Part shown: positions 17,767 to 26,505 of the stretch, piece after piece
How positions within the stretch are numbered: position 1 is the stretch's first letter
Layout of the letters: each line of letters opens with the position of its first letter
Virus record (IMG/VR): IMGVR_UViG_3300012944_000005
Source of the DNA: a virus
Reading direction: 5' to 3' (one strand)
Length of the DNA stretch: 64,000 nt
Made by a program: the position numbers and the translations under genes
Notes under the pieces: model-generated
The model's database searches: none
Told to the model about the DNA's origin: nothing
Seen by the model: only the letters and a program-made list of their open reading frames with translations

Positions 17767-18365
17767 CCTACTACGTTGATACGATTGAGCAATTCTACGC
17801 CATCCGAGAGAACCTGCAGCCGGCCTATATCACCTCGAAAAAGCACGGGCGTATTGAGGTTCCTTGCGCAAATACGCTCCTGGTCAACACGGAGTTAATC
17901 AAAGCGAATAATTACAATCCGAATTACGTGCCGAGGGAAAAGATGGCACTGCTACGGCAGTCCATTCTGGATAACGGCTTTTGTTCTCCTATTGTGACAA
18001 TATGGGACGACGAGCAGGAGCGATTCATCATAGTGGACGGCTTCCACCGTGACACAATGGGCGATAAGGAGTGGCTCGATCTGGATTATATTCCGCTGGT
18101 TGTCTTGAAGCACGGCATAGTGCAGCGAATGACCGCGACTGTGCAGTTTAACAAAGCGCGCGGCGTCCACCAAGTCGACCTCGACGCCGAAGTCATACGG
18201 GCGCTGATCGAGCAAAGTTTGAGCGAGGAAGAGATTGCGATCCATCTCGGCCTTGACCTGGAAACCATTCATCGCTACAAGCAATTGACCGGCGTCGCTG
18301 AGCTGTTCAAGAACTCAGCGTATTCGATGAGCTGGGAAATGGTCGAAGAAGAGGAGACGGCGTGA
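17763..18365 (+). CDS. ParB/Srx-domain protein (IbrB/DndB-like)
   Basis: 200 aa with ParB N-terminal-domain motif IIVDGFHRD. AGGAGG RBS. ATGA overlap upstream. Confidence 0.6.
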   Translation: MTYYVDTIEQFYAIRENLQPAYITSKKHGRIEVPCANTLLVNTELIKANNYNPNYVPREKMALLRQSILDNGFCSPIVTIWDDEQERFIIVDGFHRDTMGDKEWLDLDYIPLVVLKHGIVQRMTATVQFNKARGVHQVDLDAEVIRALIEQSLSEEEIAIHLGLDLETIHRYKQLTGVAELFKNSAYSMSWEMVEEEETA

Positions 18366-19000
18366 GCGACTGGGATTATGGCGGTATCCACCGCGCTTAT
18401 GATATGTCGGGCGTGATCGAGTTGCCCAACAACTCGCGCGTCGAGGTCTGCGATTGGACGGATCGGTTGCCAAGTTTCATGCTTGGCGCCGACACGATCT
18501 TTGTCGATCCGCCGTGGAATGCTGGAAATGCTAGGACATTTTATACAAAAGCTGACAAGACGGTTGCCGCTTTCAGCTTCGAATGGTTTTCCGACCGCCT
18601 ATTTTGCAGACTGGACCAGATCGCGCCGAATTATCTATTCATCGAGATGGGCAAGGAGTGGCTCGGCTGGTATCTTGAACGCTGCCGCGAGCGCTATAAA
18701 TATGTCACTTTCTATAACTCGACCTATTATAAGAAGCGCGAGAACAAGTGTTACGTGATCCACGCCACGGATAACCATTCGCGCCGGCGCTACAAAGAGC
18801 TTGAAGATCTGGACGAGGCAGCGATCATCGAATGGCTGTGCGCCAACCACGATTATCAATGCATCGGCGATCTATGCATGGGCTGCGGGTTAGTCGGTAG
18901 ACACGCTTTTCTAAACGGCAAACGGTTCGTCGGCACGGAACTGAACCCGAAGAGATTGGCTATTCTGGTCGATTTTATTCGGAAAACAAAAGGAGATTGA
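18362..19000 (+). CDS. DNA amino-methyltransferase (N6-adenine or N4-cytosine, beta-class motif order)
   Basis: 212 aa, GTG start overlapping the upstream stop. Motif IV IFVDPPWN comes before the AdoMet motif I-like IGDLCMGCGLVG. Confidence 0.65.
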   Translation: MSDWDYGGIHRAYDMSGVIELPNNSRVEVCDWTDRLPSFMLGADTIFVDPPWNAGNARTFYTKADKTVAAFSFEWFSDRLFCRLDQIAPNYLFIEMGKEWLGWYLERCRERYKYVTFYNSTYYKKRENKCYVIHATDNHSRRRYKELEDLDEAAIIEWLCANHDYQCIGDLCMGCGLVGRHAFLNGKRFVGTELNPKRLAILVDFIRKTKGD

Positions 19001-19257
19001 GAATGCTAACGATTGAAAACGACGGCCAGGAGATCGTTAAAACGAACTTCTGGCAAACCGAGCAGGCAAAGCAGGGCGCGTTCTATTTGTCCGTTGAGTC
19101 AGGGCCAGGTGGATCGCTGGCTACCGGCTGAGGAGTCGGGGCGCACGGCCCAGTTTTCGGCGTGGATACTGAAAGACGGCAAGCCGCATTGCGCTTATCG
19201 CTCGGAGTGCTATTACCGCACAGCGCCGCGACTGCCCTACCTGAAACCGAGAGAGAA

Positions 19258-19548
19258 ATGACAAAGGAAGAAAAGGAAGTATCTTTAGTGAACGCGCGGC
19301 GCGCTTGCCTGATGCTCATCGAATTCGCAATCGGCGCCGCGCCTGCGATTATCCTGAATCACGGTCAGCGCGAAGAAATCGCCAGTCTACTTGAAGAGTT
19401 CAGCAGGCTCGACGCCATAGAGAGGCGGCAGATAGAGGCTGGGAAAAAGAATGGGAAGCTCGGGGCGATTCACGGGAAGAAGGGCGGCAGGCCGAAAGGC
19501 TCGAAGGTCGGTAAAAAGAAAGCGAAGAAAAAGATGGCCACGGCTTAA
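19258..19548 (+). CDS. hypothetical protein with Lys/Gly-rich C-terminal tail
   Basis: MTKEEKEVSLVNARR... ending GGRPKGSKVGKKKAKKKMATA. The ATG overlaps the upstream stop. Confidence 0.4.
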   Translation: MTKEEKEVSLVNARRACLMLIEFAIGAAPAIILNHGQREEIASLLEEFSRLDAIERRQIEAGKKNGKLGAIHGKKGGRPKGSKVGKKKAKKKMATA

Positions 19549-19569
19549 TCTCACATACAAGCCGTGGCC
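19536..19569. terminator. bidirectional terminator-like hairpin between convergent operons
   Basis: GGCCACGGCT (19536-19545) pairs with AGCCGTGGCC (19560-19569). 10-bp stem, 14-nt loop. Lies between the end of the plus-strand operon and the terL stop. Confidence 0.4.
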
Positions 19570-19624
19570 ATTATTGGAGGTCACCCGTGGGTGAAGCATG
19601 AACCCAAAGCGGTGTTTATTTGTC

Positions 19625-21007
19625 TTAGCGGAAGAACGTGCCCTGCTCGAACTGGCCGCGTGGCACTCTCACCCAGTTTGCAATCGCGAGCGCATCACCT
19701 CGATCCGGCGAACGCCCGAGACGCCTCTTGATGTCGTCTTTCGATTCCAGCTTGATTCGTCCGCGCGAGTCGTAGGCGAACTTGACGTTGCTCAGGTCCG
19801 CCGCCATCTTCCGGTCATCAGGCAGGGCCAGATCGCCAGCCTTCAGCGCCTCCCGTAGCGCCCACCACATTTCAGCGCGCGCATTGACGAATTTCCCATC
19901 TTCTCGCGCCGCGCTTCCACCAATGCACGCTTTGACGCTGACACCTTGCTCTTTTAGTCGGTCCGTAACGCCGCCACCGAGTCCAGCGTCGTCAACGCCG
20001 AGCGACAGAGCACCGAGCGCCTTCAATTGCCCTGCCGTCTCCATTAGATTCTGACCGTGGCGCACGGATGGTCGGCTGACAATGCCGCCCTCGAAGATCG
20101 AGAAAATGACGGTTTCATCCTGGCCGTAGCGCGCGATATCGCAGCCCACGCAAGCCAGTTTCGCGCCCGGCTGGGGTTCAACCCATCGTTTCTGCGCGGC
20201 TTCGACCAGCGAAAGCGGGATCAGAACGTCATCGCCTTCTTCCGGCCAGAGCCCGCGCACGCGCGCGCGATATAAGCCGCTCTCCCGTCCTCCATATTCC
20301 TGCTCTCGCTCGGCGATCCATTCCCGCGTCACGGCGCCGGGGACAACGATGCGCCCTTCCCTGACGTTTGGATGGTCTTCGGCAGACAGCCGCAGGACGT
20401 TCCACAGTCCCGAATCTTCCTTGCGCTTCGCCTCACTCGTCGGGTCTGTCGGGTTGCCGATGGCCAGAAAGCGATCATCGTTGCCGACCGCGATGCCCTC
20501 GGATGCCTCCCAGATGCCGGAATCAACCCCAATTGCCTCGTCGAAGATGATCATAATTCGCGGCGCGTGGAAGCCTTGAAAGCGCGTCGGGTCGTCGGTC
20601 GAGAGACCGATCGCAAACCAATTATCTGCGAGGATAATTTGGGTTTTATGGACAGCGCCTCCCAGTGGAAATTTCGAGGCCAGGTACGCCCCGCGTAGCT
20701 CCCGCCAAAGCAGGCTTTCGACTTGTATCCAGGTCGGCGCCGTCGTGATTACTTTGCTGTTCGGATTCGAATAAAGAAACCAGAGAGCGAGACGAGCCGC
20801 GAGGTATGTTTTTCCGACGGAATTGCCCGCCGTTACGAGTGTGCGTCGATGATCCCGCACGCTCTCCAATACAGACATCTGCTGCGGGGTGAGATATTCA
20901 GCGCCGAGCACATTGCGGATAAACCACGCCGGGTCATTCCGGCTCCGCTCCAGCACTGTCTTGGCTTGGGTTCGATTCATCACTCGCCATTTGGGCCAGG
21001 ACTGCAA
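19625..21007 (-). CDS. terL: terminase large subunit
   Basis: Walker A LVTAGNSVGKTYLA, Walker B IMIIFDEA, and a C-terminal nuclease-type region. The start may be at MNRTQ (20980). Confidence 0.8.
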   Translation of the reverse strand: MQSWPKWRVMNRTQAKTVLERSRNDPAWFIRNVLGAEYLTPQQMSVLESVRDHRRTLVTAGNSVGKTYLAARLALWFLYSNPNSKVITTAPTWIQVESLLWRELRGAYLASKFPLGGAVHKTQIILADNWFAIGLSTDDPTRFQGFHAPRIMIIFDEAIGVDSGIWEASEGIAVGNDDRFLAIGNPTDPTSEAKRKEDSGLWNVLRLSAEDHPNVREGRIVVPGAVTREWIAEREQEYGGRESGLYRARVRGLWPEEGDDVLIPLSLVEAAQKRWVEPQPGAKLACVGCDIARYGQDETVIFSIFEGGIVSRPSVRHGQNLMETAGQLKALGALSLGVDDAGLGGGVTDRLKEQGVSVKACIGGSAAREDGKFVNARAEMWWALREALKAGDLALPDDRKMAADLSNVKFAYDSRGRIKLESKDDIKRRLGRSPDRGDALAIANWVRVPRGQFEQGTFFR

Positions 21008-21491
21008 AAGTTATCGACTGCCCTTTGGTCGTCAGATCCACATTCGTTCTGCGCTCGCCGAGCTCCTTGGCGATGTCGTCGAGCAATCCGCGCAGTTCCC
21101 TGATCAGCGCGGCGTCATATTTATAAACCGCGCGATCCGCATCCTTGCCTCTGTAATCGCGAGCCATCAGCCCCGTAGCGCCGCCTGCCACTTCATCGGC
21201 CATCTCTTCGCCACGCGCATGAATCAGTTCGAGGTGTTTATCGAAGAGCGCCTGCAGCCCGCGAATCCGCACGGCTCTGCGCGCTAATCCCTCACTGACG
21301 GCCTCCGCTTCAAACTCCTCGCGCAGGACGCTATATCGCTTCTTTGAGCGCTGGCGCGCGTTTTTGAGTTGGAGGTATTCGACCTCAAACGGCGGGTCGA
21401 ATTTGGCGCCGCGCTCATTAATCTCGGATAACTGCAGCCCTTCGGCGGCCCATTCGAGGAGCGCATTCTGTTGTTTCCGAGCGAGTTTCAC
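20934..21491 (-). CDS. terminase small subunit candidate
   Basis: 185 aa helical protein immediately upstream of and overlapping terL. Confidence 0.45.
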   Translation of the reverse strand: MKLARKQQNALLEWAAEGLQLSEINERGAKFDPPFEVEYLQLKNARQRSKKRYSVLREEFEAEAVSEGLARRAVRIRGLQALFDKHLELIHARGEEMADEVAGGATGLMARDYRGKDADRAVYKYDAALIRELRGLLDDIAKELGERRTNVDLTTKGQSITFAVLAQMASDESNPSQDSAGAEPE

Positions 21492-21518
21492 GCTTTGAGG
21501 ATAACGTGAGAAGACGTT

Positions 21519-22532
21519 TTATTCTGGGAATGCCCCCTCACCCGCGAGCGCGCGCTTGACGCTGAGCTGGACATAGCTCTCTCCCCAAATCGGATTGCGA
21601 CTCAGACCTACCATGTCTTCCAGCTTGAGATCGCCCTTTTTGAATGCCTCGTATCCGGCGTCCGTCCCGAGAATGTCGCGCTTCACTTCGGCGGGCTGCT
21701 TCTTGAACCAATCGGTGCCACGGTCAACCGTGACGCCGCGAACGGCTGGGATCATCGTGCAACGGCAGCGGGGATGCGGCCTCATAGGCTCGGTGACTGC
21801 GTGAAATATCCCATCAAGCGCGATGCAGACAGAACAGCATCTGCGGCTGCGTGATGATCGCCAGTACCAGCCCTGAACCACATCCCTATTTTGGGCGTAA
21901 TTTTGGCGCGAACTTTCACGATAAACCCTTAGAACCTCAGTCCTCGAAATCGTCAACGCCCGCGTAAGATTGCCGCCCAATCCCTCACGAATCGTTCTCG
22001 CAATCGCCGTAGGATTCCGCCCCAACGCCACGCCTTCAATCAATCCCTGCTCGACTATCTGCCGGCCAGTTCGCGGCAACTGGTCGAGGAGTGAGCGCAG
22101 CGGCGAGCCATTGCCGAGAAAGCCGACGAGGTTTTCGACGGCGGCGACCGGAAGGCGGTTGAAAGTCGAGGCAATGCCCGTGCTCTCGGCTGCTCTTTCC
22201 ATCAGCGCGACCGAATCACCCAATCCCGCTTTTGCGGCTGCCGATTGTTGCTTGGTGATTGTCACGTCCGCGACGTCGGAGAATCGCTTGAATTCCTGAT
22301 CCACTTGGCGCAAGAGGTCGCCATATCGTTGCTGCCTGAACAGCCAGAACTGATTGACGATCTCGCCGCGAGCGCAAGCGTCTTCGATTTGTTGGTTGAT
22401 AACGGCGAGTTGCTTGGAAAGGCGGGACCAGATCGTACCGTAGACGGTGATCAGCCGCATGGCCGCTTTGCGCTCACGTAGAAGGATCGCGGCGCGGAAG
22501 GAATTCGCAAGTTGGATGAGATTATCTGGCAC
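21519..22532 (-). CDS. Mu F / SPP1 gp7-family head morphogenesis protein
   Basis: ISRTEVLRVYRES...CCSVCIALDG...RPHPRCRCTMIP matches the Phage_Mu_F signature. Confidence 0.7.
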   Translation of the reverse strand: MPDNLIQLANSFRAAILLRERKAAMRLITVYGTIWSRLSKQLAVINQQIEDACARGEIVNQFWLFRQQRYGDLLRQVDQEFKRFSDVADVTITKQQSAAAKAGLGDSVALMERAAESTGIASTFNRLPVAAVENLVGFLGNGSPLRSLLDQLPRTGRQIVEQGLIEGVALGRNPTAIARTIREGLGGNLTRALTISRTEVLRVYRESSRQNYAQNRDVVQGWYWRSSRSRRCCSVCIALDGIFHAVTEPMRPHPRCRCTMIPAVRGVTVDRGTDWFKKQPAEVKRDILGTDAGYEAFKKGDLKLEDMVGLSRNPIWGESYVQLSVKRALAGEGAFPE

Positions 22533-22535
22533 ACG

Positions 22536-22829
22536 TTAATCGAACTGGCTCTCGCCGACTTGAAAGGCGCTTTCACTGGCTGACTTATTCGACCCAGTCC
22601 CGACCCACCTAACCACCCAGACGCCTTGACGATCAGCGTCAACGTCAACGTGATAGTTTCCGGTCGAGTCTTTAACGAGCTGCGAATCGACAGGATACAC
22701 ATAGGTCGTCACGGCGCCGAGCGGCGATTTGATTTTGAACTGCACCCCGCCCGGATCGACTGCGGCACTCGCCAAATTGGTGAAGGCGACGCGGGAACGA
22801 ACCACGTCGCCGAGATCGTAAACGTTCAT
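22536..22829 (-). CDS. small beta-rich (Ig-like?) protein
   Basis: 97-aa ORF tightly packed between the HNH and MuF-like genes. Confidence 0.4.
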   Translation of the reverse strand: MNVYDLGDVVRSRVAFTNLASAAVDPGGVQFKIKSPLGAVTTYVYPVDSQLVKDSTGNYHVDVDADRQGVWVVRWVGTGSNKSASESAFQVGESQFD

Positions 22830-23543
22830 TTAGTTCTCTTCGGGAAACAAGTCACCGTAATCTCGAAGAATCTTGCGCGCCCATTTTACGAGGTCCCCGG
22901 CCCGCTGGCCCGGCGTCTGGCGTATTATCCATAGCTCTAAATTCTCTTCTCTATTATCGTCTCGCTTGCCATTCTTATGGTGAACGTTTTCGCCGGGCTT
23001 TAATGGGCGCCCTAAAATATGCTCCATTATAAGCCGATGCTCTGATACATATCCGCCATGACCAAATGCGGCAGGATGTTCAGGGTTATAAACACAAACA
23101 TAGCCATCCTTCTTCACGTATCTACCGCCACGCCAATTGTCGGACAAGTCGCCCCGGTTCCCTTGATACGTACATGGCCTAGAACAAAATCTACCGGCGT
23201 TGTTTGGTCGAGGACGAAATATCTTCCCGCATGTCTCGCAAGGCCGATCAGTTATTGCCTGATCTATTCTTCGGGCATGAATTCCATCGAGCGCGCATTT
23301 CTGACTGCAATATTTCTGATGCATTGAGCGGGCCATGAAGCCACTCCGACATGATTCGCATTCTCGTTCGCCATACGTTGTTTTATGGCGCTGCCCCAGT
23401 CTAACTGGATTCTCTACTCGCATTGATCGATGTAGGCAGGCTCGCGAGCAATACTTTTTATTTCTCGTCTTATTCGGCTTCAGCCAAAAAGACTTTTTAC
23501 ATTCTTGGCATTTCCATCGAATCTTCGCAACAGGCATCGGCAT
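22830..23543 (-). CDS. HNH endonuclease with three tandem zinc-ribbon modules
   Basis: Three copies of the pattern CxxC-x13/14-YCSxxC, followed by HHKNGKRDDNREENLELW (HNH motif). Confidence 0.7.
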   Translation of the reverse strand: MPMPVAKIRWKCQECKKSFWLKPNKTRNKKYCSRACLHRSMRVENPVRLGQRHKTTYGERECESCRSGFMARSMHQKYCSQKCALDGIHARRIDQAITDRPCETCGKIFRPRPNNAGRFCSRPCTYQGNRGDLSDNWRGGRYVKKDGYVCVYNPEHPAAFGHGGYVSEHRLIMEHILGRPLKPGENVHHKNGKRDDNREENLELWIIRQTPGQRAGDLVKWARKILRDYGDLFPEEN

Positions 23544-23587
23544 AATGTCATTTCCTCTATGACATTATACAGCGTACTTATAAAACT

Positions 23588-24274
23588 TCAACCCCCTGCC
23601 ACGAAGCTGATCGTATACGTGGCCTGCAAACTGTCCGCCCCTCCCACCAAGGCGACGCCTGTAAACTGTGATCTGTCGAGCAATGAGCCGCCGCCGTTAG
23701 CCGCCTGATCGAAGATGCCATGCTCGGCTATGGTCACGTTCGCGTCGGGAGACAGCGTCGCAACAGTCTGATACGCTCCTGTCCCACCTGAGACCTGCGA
23801 TCCCGTTGGCCTGGTATTGTCGGTCGCATATTGGGTTGTGAGTTCAGTCTGAAGAGCCGTGTCGCCTGTCGCCTCCGCGTTAGTGCCTGTCCCGAATCCG
23901 TGAAACTTCAGGTTTTCCAGTTCCTTGGTATTCAGAAACGAATCACGGATAAAATTCACGCCAGCGGTCGTTACCAACTGTAAGGACACGAGACCCAGAT
24001 CGACAACCTGCCCATTGCCTCTGATCACGGTCAGGCTTAATTGACCCGTGAAGTGCGGCAATCGAAAGAGCCGAGCGAGTGCCAGTCGGCGAATGCCACG
24101 CCATAGATTGGGAATATTCCTCAATCGCCATAGTGCGACCTCTTTACTTATTCCGAAATGCGGGAAGCCGTATTTCAGGATCTCGTAGAAACTCAATTCG
24201 CGTGGCGGCAATACCTCGCGCCTCTTCTTCTTTAGTTTAAGTGTGCCCGTAGGCGCCAGATCTCCACCAAACAT
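23588..24274 (-). CDS. hypothetical virion-associated protein
   Basis: Start chosen at ATG 24274 (MFGGDLAP), with GGAGGA 7 nt upstream and just after the upstream stop. 228 aa. Confidence 0.45.
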   Translation of the reverse strand: MFGGDLAPTGTLKLKKKRREVLPPRELSFYEILKYGFPHFGISKEVALWRLRNIPNLWRGIRRLALARLFRLPHFTGQLSLTVIRGNGQVVDLGLVSLQLVTTAGVNFIRDSFLNTKELENLKFHGFGTGTNAEATGDTALQTELTTQYATDNTRPTGSQVSGGTGAYQTVATLSPDANVTIAEHGIFDQAANGGGSLLDRSQFTGVALVGGADSLQATYTISFVAGG

Positions 24275-24278
24275 TTCG

Positions 24279-25736
24279 CTATCCTCCGATTTCATCTGAA
24301 ATATTGCAGATCGTGAGCGCTTGATCACTGAGCGCTGCTGCCGTGACTCTCGAATCACCCAACGTCGCCGACGTCACCACCTGATCTGTAATCGTTGCCG
24401 TAACACTCGACAACGGCGACCCTGCGACGAAGTTGATCACGTTCCCAGCGAGTGTAACGATTCCTGAAAATAATTTGCCGATGAGCTTGGCGATCGAGCC
24501 GACTGGAGAGATTGAGCCGCTGAGCGCCTTATTCGTGAGCCGAGTGAGCGAGCCGGAAGGCGTGATTGCGCCAGCGAAGGACCTGAGCAGCACCTTGAGC
24601 TTTGAAAATGTCCCCGTTGGCGTAATCGCTCCGGTGAGTGCCTTACTTGCCGACTTCAGGATTGCGCCGGCGGGCGTGACAACCCCGGAAAGAGTTTTCG
24701 CCGCATTCCTCACGAGCGCGCCGGCGGGCGTGATCGCCCCGACAAAAGATCGCAAGATCACCTTGACAGTCGAGAGAGCGCCGCTCGGCGTGACGCTTCC
24801 AGTCAACGGCTTCTGAGTTATTTTAAGGATTGCTCCCGCCGGCGTTACGGTGCCCGAGAGGGGCTTATTCGCCTGTTTGAGCAATGCCCCAGTCGGCGTT
24901 ATTGCACCACTCAAGGCTCGCGCGAGCGATTTAAGGAAGGCGCCCGACGGCGTCACGGCGCCGGAAAGCGGCTTCCCGATTTGCTTGATCAGGGCACCGG
25001 TCGGAGTGACTGAGCCGCCGACTGTTAGCGTCAGAGGCCCGCCCGCTGCTGCTGGAATGAATATGCGCCGCATTCCCTGGCGCCAGACCACGGGCGGGCC
25101 GTCCGAGACAGTCAGCGCCCCATTCGCCGTCAGGTCGCGCGCATTGCTAGAATAGTCTTTAGCGGAGCCCGCAACCGTGCCATCAACCATCGGTCGCCAG
25201 GAGTGGAGGTTCGCCAACCGAACCGGCGTAAGCCTCTGCGATTCTTCCCAGAGTTCAGCCGCGGAGAGAGCGGCGTCCCATTGTTTTAGCGCTGCGATTT
25301 TGCCAGGGAAGTAGCCACCAGAAGTGTTGAACCCGTTGCTAAGACAGATCTCCTCATTGTGAGCGATGCTGTCTCCGAGCGTGCCATTCACGGATGTCAG
25401 TGAAGTGGCGGTTGCAGTTCTGCGATAAGCAGTTGTTTGATTGCTTCCGGTTCCCGTTCGCGAGAGCGCGATGAATGTCCAGGTGTTAAGAGCGAGAGCG
25501 GTAATATCAATCTGACTACTGCCTTCCCATCCGTAACTCGTTCCGTCACCGACTGTGTCGTAAAAATAGACGTATCCGAATCCGCTGCCAGTGTCACGTA
25601 CTCCCCATGCACAACCGGACGCGTTCTTGTCGGTTTCGAGCATCAGCCAGAAACAGACAGTCATCACGGACTGCGCGTAGAATCCGCCCGCCGTTCTGAT
25701 TAAGTAGTCTCCGCTTGCTGCTGCGCGAATCGCCAT
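24279..25736 (-). CDS. fibre-like protein: LamG/lectin-like N-terminal region plus 11 tandem 18-20 aa repeats
   Basis: 485 aa. Residues ~240-437 are repeats of the form G-x-(V/I)-T-P-x-G-x-x-x-K-x-x-x-K-x-L-(S/T). Confidence 0.55.
   Translation of the reverse strand: MAIRAAASGDYLIRTAGGFYAQSVMTVCFWLMLETDKNASGCAWGVRDTGSGFGYVYFYDTVGDGTSYGWEGSSQIDITALALNTWTFIALSRTGTGSNQTTAYRRTATATSLTSVNGTLGDSIAHNEEICLSNGFNTSGGYFPGKIAALKQWDAALSAAELWEESQRLTPVRLANLHSWRPMVDGTVAGSAKDYSSNARDLTANGALTVSDGPPVVWRQGMRRIFIPAAAGGPLTLTVGGSVTPTGALIKQIGKPLSGAVTPSGAFLKSLARALSGAITPTGALLKQANKPLSGTVTPAGAILKITQKPLTGSVTPSGALSTVKVILRSFVGAITPAGALVRNAAKTLSGVVTPAGAILKSASKALTGAITPTGTFSKLKVLLRSFAGAITPSGSLTRLTNKALSGSISPVGSIAKLIGKLFSGIVTLAGNVINFVAGSPLSSVTATITDQVVTSATLGDSRVTAAALSDQALTICNISDEIGG
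24426..25019 (-). repeat. coding tandem repeat, ~54-nt period, about 11 units
   Basis: Periodic GSVTPTGALIKQIGKPLS / GAVTPSGAFLKSLARALS / GAITPTGALLKQANKPLS and so on, read from the ORF translation. Confidence 0.7.
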
Positions 25737-26239
25737 TACGTGTCACTGTATTCCAACCTGGCTTCAACGAATAAGGCATCACCCGTCATTGTGTCCCCGC
25801 CAGCCGCCGCATCGCGGTAGATCGCAATCCATACCGTGTCGTTTGCCGCCAGGGAGTCGAGGTTTGAGATCGTAATCGAGGTCGTCATTTCGCGCTTCGC
25901 GGGGGTTCCGAGATGGGTATCTGTTACCGTGTTGGCCGTCGCAAGCGCCTTCGTCGTGACGTCTTGATTGTCGGCGTCCGGCGTGATCGCGGCTATTTGC
26001 GCGCCCCAAATCACATCCCCGGACGTCGCGGTATCCGCGGTCCAGCGAATAACCAGCGTCAGGTTGCCAGAGCCATAATTGATGGCCTCGATCTTCCAAA
26101 ACGCAGTCTCTTTCGTCGCGGCGTCATATGCGAGCGCGGTGACTGGAAAGTTCGTGCCGAGAAGTTTGACGAATTGCGGGAACGTGGCGGCGAGAAATTG
26201 CGCCTCTTCCGGCTGTAGCAACTGTTTAATCGTCGCCAT
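25736..26239 (-). CDS. hypothetical beta-rich structural protein
   Basis: 167 aa. Its stop overlaps the downstream start. Confidence 0.4.
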   Translation of the reverse strand: MATIKQLLQPEEAQFLAATFPQFVKLLGTNFPVTALAYDAATKETAFWKIEAINYGSGNLTLVIRWTADTATSGDVIWGAQIAAITPDADNQDVTTKALATANTVTDTHLGTPAKREMTTSITISNLDSLAANDTVWIAIYRDAAAGGDTMTGDALFVEARLEYSDT

Positions 26240-26503
26240 TTACACCCCCGCTCCCCAGCGTCTGAAGATGACGTAATTCAATAATGCGGCCTTCTGCGCC
26301 GTGCTGAGCGCAGCGCGTGCCGTCGCCGGGATCGCGTTATTGATCGCGGTCGCGTTGGTATTGAGAAAATCATCGAGCGCGTTGACCGCCGCCTGTAAAT
26401 CGGCTTTCGTCATCGCGCCGATGACCGCCTCTTTATTCTGCTGCATCCATTGCGCCCAGACGGCGACGCGATCAGGGTTTGGTAAGACTGCCATTGCAAT
26501 CAC
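26240..26503 (-). CDS. hypothetical protein (87 aa)
   Basis: ORF abutting both neighbours. Confidence 0.4.
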   Translation of the reverse strand: MIAMAVLPNPDRVAVWAQWMQQNKEAVIGAMTKADLQAAVNALDDFLNTNATAINNAIPATARAALSTAQKAALLNYVIFRRWGAGV

Positions 26504-26505
26504 TC

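Noticed and set aside
19003-19261. Possible frameshifted gene: ATG 19003 gives MLTIENDGQEIVKTNFWQTEQAKQGAFYLSVESGPGGSLATG (42 aa), overlapping the 19013..19261 ORF in another frame
   Set aside because: Both pieces look partly protein-like, but I could not identify a family or a convincing junction. Not enough evidence to call either a gene or a frameshift.
24426-25019. 54-nt periodic repeats as a CRISPR-like array
   Set aside because: Units are contiguous with no spacers, diverge mostly at synonymous or conservative positions, and lie in one long ORF. This is a protein tandem repeat.
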